The translations under genes were made by a program, and so were the position numbers. From assembly GCA_002457675.1 (NCBI GenBank), contig NTKK01000004.1:91666-155665 (forward strand): DNA of 64,000 bases, written 5' to 3'. This stretch comes from Bacteroidetes bacterium MED-G17 (GTDB lineage Bacteria; Bacteroidota; Bacteroidia; NS11-12g; UBA9320). Below the pieces are notes generated by a model, which searched no databases, was not told where the DNA came from, and saw nothing but the letters and a program-made list of their open reading frames with translations. Positions 60,189 through 64,000 of this stretch are shown piece by piece (positions within the stretch are counted from its first letter, which is position 1; every line of letters starts with the position of its first letter).

Positions 60189-63100
60189 ATGTTTAAGAAA
60201 TTTATATCCGTTTCTTTCTTATCACTTTTAGGTATGCTTGCCTTTGGGCAATCGAACTTTGGGGAAATTAGAGGAAAAATAGTAGATGCCACCAACAAAC
60301 AACCTTTAGACTACGCAGAAATCGTGGTAAAAAAAGATGGCATATCAAAAGGAGGCGCAATTAGTGATGAGCAAGGTAATTATTACATAAAAGCACTAGA
60401 GCCTGGCAACTACTCGATAGAAGCATTCTATCAGGGTTTTAGCAACTATAAAGCAACGGGAATTGAAGTTAACTCAGATAGAATTTCTTTTTGGAACATA
60501 CAAATGCCCAAGTCAGAGACCGGTCAACAGTTAAAAACATTTATTGTAAAATCTGGAAAACCGCTTGTTAATAAGGACAAGAACCAAAAGACCTTAAACA
60601 GTGCAGATATCAAAAAATTGCCGGTTCGAGGCGCTGGAGCAATCGCATTAACAGCTTCAGGAGTAAATAGAAGCGCAGGAGGTGGGATTTCCTTTTCAGG
60701 ACAAAGAACAGACGGTACAGCTGTATTCATTGATGGTGTGAGAGTAATTGGAACCTCAAGCGTAACCCAAGCTTCTCAAGGACAAATTGACATTATCCAA
60801 TCTGGTGTCCCAGCCCAATACGGAGATTTTACCGGTGGTGCAATTAGTATAACTACGAAAGGACCTACAAGAAGTTTTCAAAAAAGCTTAGAAGTTATTT
60901 CTTCTAGTCCTTTTGATCCTTACCATTACAACCTTATTGAAGGTTCAATGAGCGGGCCTTTGATTATCAAAAATAAGGGTGGTGGAAAAGATGAATTTGT
61001 TCGACTTGGTTACAACTTTGCTGGACAGATTAATTACAGAAACGATCCTAGACCTGTTGTTGGTGGAGGCTTGTATATTCTGAAAGATGATGCACTGCGA
61101 AATATTGAACAGAATCCTTTAACATTCAACCCTGTTGGTGGTGGATTTATTCCCAGTTCATCCTTTTTAACAGCCAATGACTTAGAGCAAAGACCAGCTT
61201 CAGTAAATAGAGATCAACTTTCTGCAATCGGCCAAGCAAAACTTGAATACCAACCCAACAAAAACACAACCATTTCATTGTACGGAAGTTACAACCACTC
61301 AGACGGATACAATTTCTCAAGAAGTCAATACTTAATGAATTATAACAACTTTTCAAAAGCTGTTAATCAAACCTACAGAACCTACGTAAAATTCACCCAA
61401 AGGTTAAATAGTTCTAGTGAATATAAAGATAAAAAAGAAGAAAAACCTTTAATAACTGATGCTTTCTATACCATTCGATTAGATTACCAACACCAGTTAG
61501 AAAGGGATTTTAACGAACGTCATGGAGAAAATTTATTTCAATATGGTCACGTTGGAAAATTTACCACATACAGCAGACCAGATTACAGATTTATTAGAGA
61601 TGCAACAACATTTATTGATCAAAATGGTGATACAGTCGTAAGACAAGGTTTTTATGAAAGACAGCGAGATGATGTGGATACACTTATTACCTATCAAGCA
61701 AGCGATTACAACCCATTAAGAGCCAATTACAATAAATACCTTTTTGATAATTCCTCATTATTTGGTTTTGATTTTCAAAATATCTCACAAATACAACAAT
61801 TTCAAGGTATCTTGAATGGCAGAGATGTACCTATTACATATTCTCTTTGGTTTAATCCAGGAAGTGGTAATAACTCCTACTCAAGATTGAATTTTGAACG
61901 ATTTTCTGCTTATGCAATAGGTGAAGCTAGTTTGAATTTCAAAAACCGCCATGATATTCAATTCGGACTTTATTATGAGCAGAGTTTCACCAGCAGATGG
62001 GCTGTAGGTGCTTCAGGACTATGGGTATTAATGGATCAGTTGGCAAATCAACATTTAGAAAATCTAGAAAAAACAGAATCTAATGGAATCGTTTATGGTG
62101 GAATCCACAGCTATGACCAAAACGGTATTTTTAAAGATACCATAGATTATGCTAGACGGATAGATAAAGGTAAACAGAAGGTATTTGACCAAAGATTGCG
62201 AAATTTCTTGATCAACAGCAATGCCAAAGATGTTTATGGACGTCCTATAACCGAAAGTAGCGACATTGATATCAACTCCTTGGACCCATCCACTTTTTCT
62301 ATAGACATGTTCAGTGCTGATGAACTTTGGAATCAAGGACAGTCCTACATAAGCTATTATGGTTATGACTATAAAGGTAACAAAACATATAAAAAATTTA
62401 GTATAGAAGATTTCCTAAATGATTCTTTAATGCGGCCTCAAGGTGCTTTCGCCCCTATTTACTCAGCAGCCTGGATTCAAGACAAGTTTGCTTTTAAAGA
62501 CCTTATTCTAAGAGTTGGTGTTCGAGTAGAGCGTTATGATGCCAATCAACCCGTTTTAAATGACCCATTCGGTTTATACCCCATGCAAACTGCATCCGAA
62601 ATATCAAGAATAAAGGGTATCGCAGTTAATCACCCTGACAACATCGGGGGAGATTATGTTGTTTATGGCGACAATACCAAAAACCAAACACGAATTTTAG
62701 GTTACAGAAAAGATAATCAGTGGTACGACGCCAATGGATTAGAAATAGACAACCCTGAACTAATTGCCAAAGAGACAGCCAGTGGACAAATGGAGCCCTT
62801 TTTGGTAGATCCAGAAAATGATGACGTTATTCCTCAATCATTCAAAGACTACGAACCTGCAATCAATGTTCTCCCAAGAATTTGGTTCTCCTTTCCAATC
62901 AATAAAGAAGCACAGTTTTTCGCCAATTATGATGTTCTTGCACAAAGACCGAACAACGTTTTCGTCCCAACTAGCACCTTCTTCTTTTTAGAACAATTAC
63001 AAGGTGGGACAATTAACAACGCAGCCATTTTGCCAAGAGTTAGAACAAATTTCGAGCTAGGTTTTAAGCAACAACTCTCGGATAATTCAGCTTTAAGTCT

Positions 63101-63953
63101 TATCGCTGCTTATGCAGAAACCAAAAATGATTTTGGTTTGATAAGATTGTATGGCGCATATCCAATTGAATATAACCATACAGCAAATATTGATTTTTCA
63201 ACAACAAAACAATTCAGGTTAGAATACGAACTTCGGGCAGATGAAGATTCCCGGACATCTATGCAAGCAAACTACACCCTTCTTTTTGCCGATGGTACTG
63301 GGTCGAATATCAACTCACAAGCAGCATTGATCGCGGCAAACCAGCCTAATTTAAGAAGCCTGTATCCACTTGATGTGGATTTTAGACACAACGTTACAGC
63401 GACTATTGATTACCGATTCAAAAATGGAAAATCTTACACAGGCCCAATTGTGGGTAAAAAAGGGAAGCCAATATTTGAAAATTTTGGTGGATCATTCATC
63501 GTTAGGGCTAGATCAGGTGGCCCTTATACACGCAATGCACAGGTAACAGGTGAAGCATTAGAAGGAGTTGCCCAAAGATCACAAATACTTGGTAATCCAT
63601 TTGGATCAAGGCTGCCTTGGCAATTTACTGCTGATATGAACCTATCAAAAACATTCCGAATTGAGAAAGGCAATACTAAAGACAAGTTTCACAACCCATT
63701 TGTGAACCTAACTGCCTATCTATGGGTACAAAATTTGTTCAATCAAAAGATAATCAATAGCGTTTACAGATTTACAGGTCTTCCAGAAGATGATGGATTT
63801 CTTAATTCTGAACAAGGGCAACAATTTTTACAACAACAAATAGACCAAAGACAACAAACAGCCTTGGTTGATTTATATAATGCCAAAGTTCAAAACCCAT
63901 TCAACTACTTGACGCCAAGACAAATAAGACTAGGAATTAGATTAAACTTTTAA
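60189..63953 (+). CDS. Large TonB-dependent receptor-like protein with N-terminal carboxypeptidase-regulatory-like domain
   Basis: Signal peptide; GEIRGKIVD, plug motif SGVPAQYGDFTGGAISITTK, C-terminal PRQIRLGIRLNF. Confidence 0.88.
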   Translation: MFKKFISVSFLSLLGMLAFGQSNFGEIRGKIVDATNKQPLDYAEIVVKKDGISKGGAISDEQGNYYIKALEPGNYSIEAFYQGFSNYKATGIEVNSDRISFWNIQMPKSETGQQLKTFIVKSGKPLVNKDKNQKTLNSADIKKLPVRGAGAIALTASGVNRSAGGGISFSGQRTDGTAVFIDGVRVIGTSSVTQASQGQIDIIQSGVPAQYGDFTGGAISITTKGPTRSFQKSLEVISSSPFDPYHYNLIEGSMSGPLIIKNKGGGKDEFVRLGYNFAGQINYRNDPRPVVGGGLYILKDDALRNIEQNPLTFNPVGGGFIPSSSFLTANDLEQRPASVNRDQLSAIGQAKLEYQPNKNTTISLYGSYNHSDGYNFSRSQYLMNYNNFSKAVNQTYRTYVKFTQRLNSSSEYKDKKEEKPLITDAFYTIRLDYQHQLERDFNERHGENLFQYGHVGKFTTYSRPDYRFIRDATTFIDQNGDTVVRQGFYERQRDDVDTLITYQASDYNPLRANYNKYLFDNSSLFGFDFQNISQIQQFQGILNGRDVPITYSLWFNPGSGNNSYSRLNFERFSAYAIGEASLNFKNRHDIQFGLYYEQSFTSRWAVGASGLWVLMDQLANQHLENLEKTESNGIVYGGIHSYDQNGIFKDTIDYARRIDKGKQKVFDQRLRNFLINSNAKDVYGRPITESSDIDINSLDPSTFSIDMFSADELWNQGQSYISYYGYDYKGNKTYKKFSIEDFLNDSLMRPQGAFAPIYSAAWIQDKFAFKDLILRVGVRVERYDANQPVLNDPFGLYPMQTASEISRIKGIAVNHPDNIGGDYVVYGDNTKNQTRILGYRKDNQWYDANGLEIDNPELIAKETASGQMEPFLVDPENDDVIPQSFKDYEPAINVLPRIWFSFPINKEAQFFANYDVLAQRPNNVFVPTSTFFFLEQLQGGTINNAAILPRVRTNFELGFKQQLSDNSALSLIAAYAETKNDFGLIRLYGAYPIEYNHTANIDFSTTKQFRLEYELRADEDSRTSMQANYTLLFADGTGSNINSQAALIAANQPNLRSLYPLDVDFRHNVTATIDYRFKNGKSYTGPIVGKKGKPIFENFGGSFIVRARSGGPYTRNAQVTGEALEGVAQRSQILGNPFGSRLPWQFTADMNLSKTFRIEKGNTKDKFHNPFVNLTAYLWVQNLFNQKIINSVYRFTGLPEDDGFLNSEQGQQFLQQQIDQRQQTALVDLYNAKVQNPFNYLTPRQIRLGIRLNF

Positions 63954-63957
63954 GAAC

Positions 63958-64000
63958 ATGAAATATTCAATAAGCCTCATTGCCTTATTACTTACCGTTT
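63958..64000 (+). CDS. Start of an exported protein (truncated by the window end)
   Basis: ATG 4 nt after the receptor stop; MKYSISLIALLLTV looks like a signal peptide. Confidence 0.6.
   Translation, partial: MKYSISLIALLLTV

Noticed and set aside
961..62336. Many 60-130 aa antisense or out-of-frame ORFs in the ORF track
   Set aside because: They lie within well-supported genes, show no recognisable motifs and are typical shadow ORFs

Overview
Gene-dense, AT-rich Bacteroidota chromosomal segment (TAnnTTTG promoters, T9SS sorting domains, PorT, DUF1800/DUF1501). It is almost all core genes: recA, a Ton/Exb operon with folC-rnhA, dinB, purD, secA, mgsA, tig-clpP-clpX, prfC, dnaN, valS, aspS, tgt, lptF/G, menG, engB, an RND pump, uvrC, a large TonB-dependent receptor and four tRNAs. 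The only accessory-looking part is a ~2.2 kb islet (20270-22454) between convergent tRNA-Met and tRNA-Leu genes. It holds the most unusual signal in the window: a non-coding structured repeat that starts at the tRNA-Met 3' end. There are three 73-bp copies plus one highly divergent ~85-bp copy, joined through a CTAC tetranucleotide. All fold into the same three-helix hairpin, with compensatory and G-U-consistent substitutions that work only on the + strand. The array is interrupted by a secreted-esterase gene and followed by two head-less gene fragments. No integrase, transposase, cas gene or prophage gene was recognised. All protein calls come from motif recognition by eye, not database searches.
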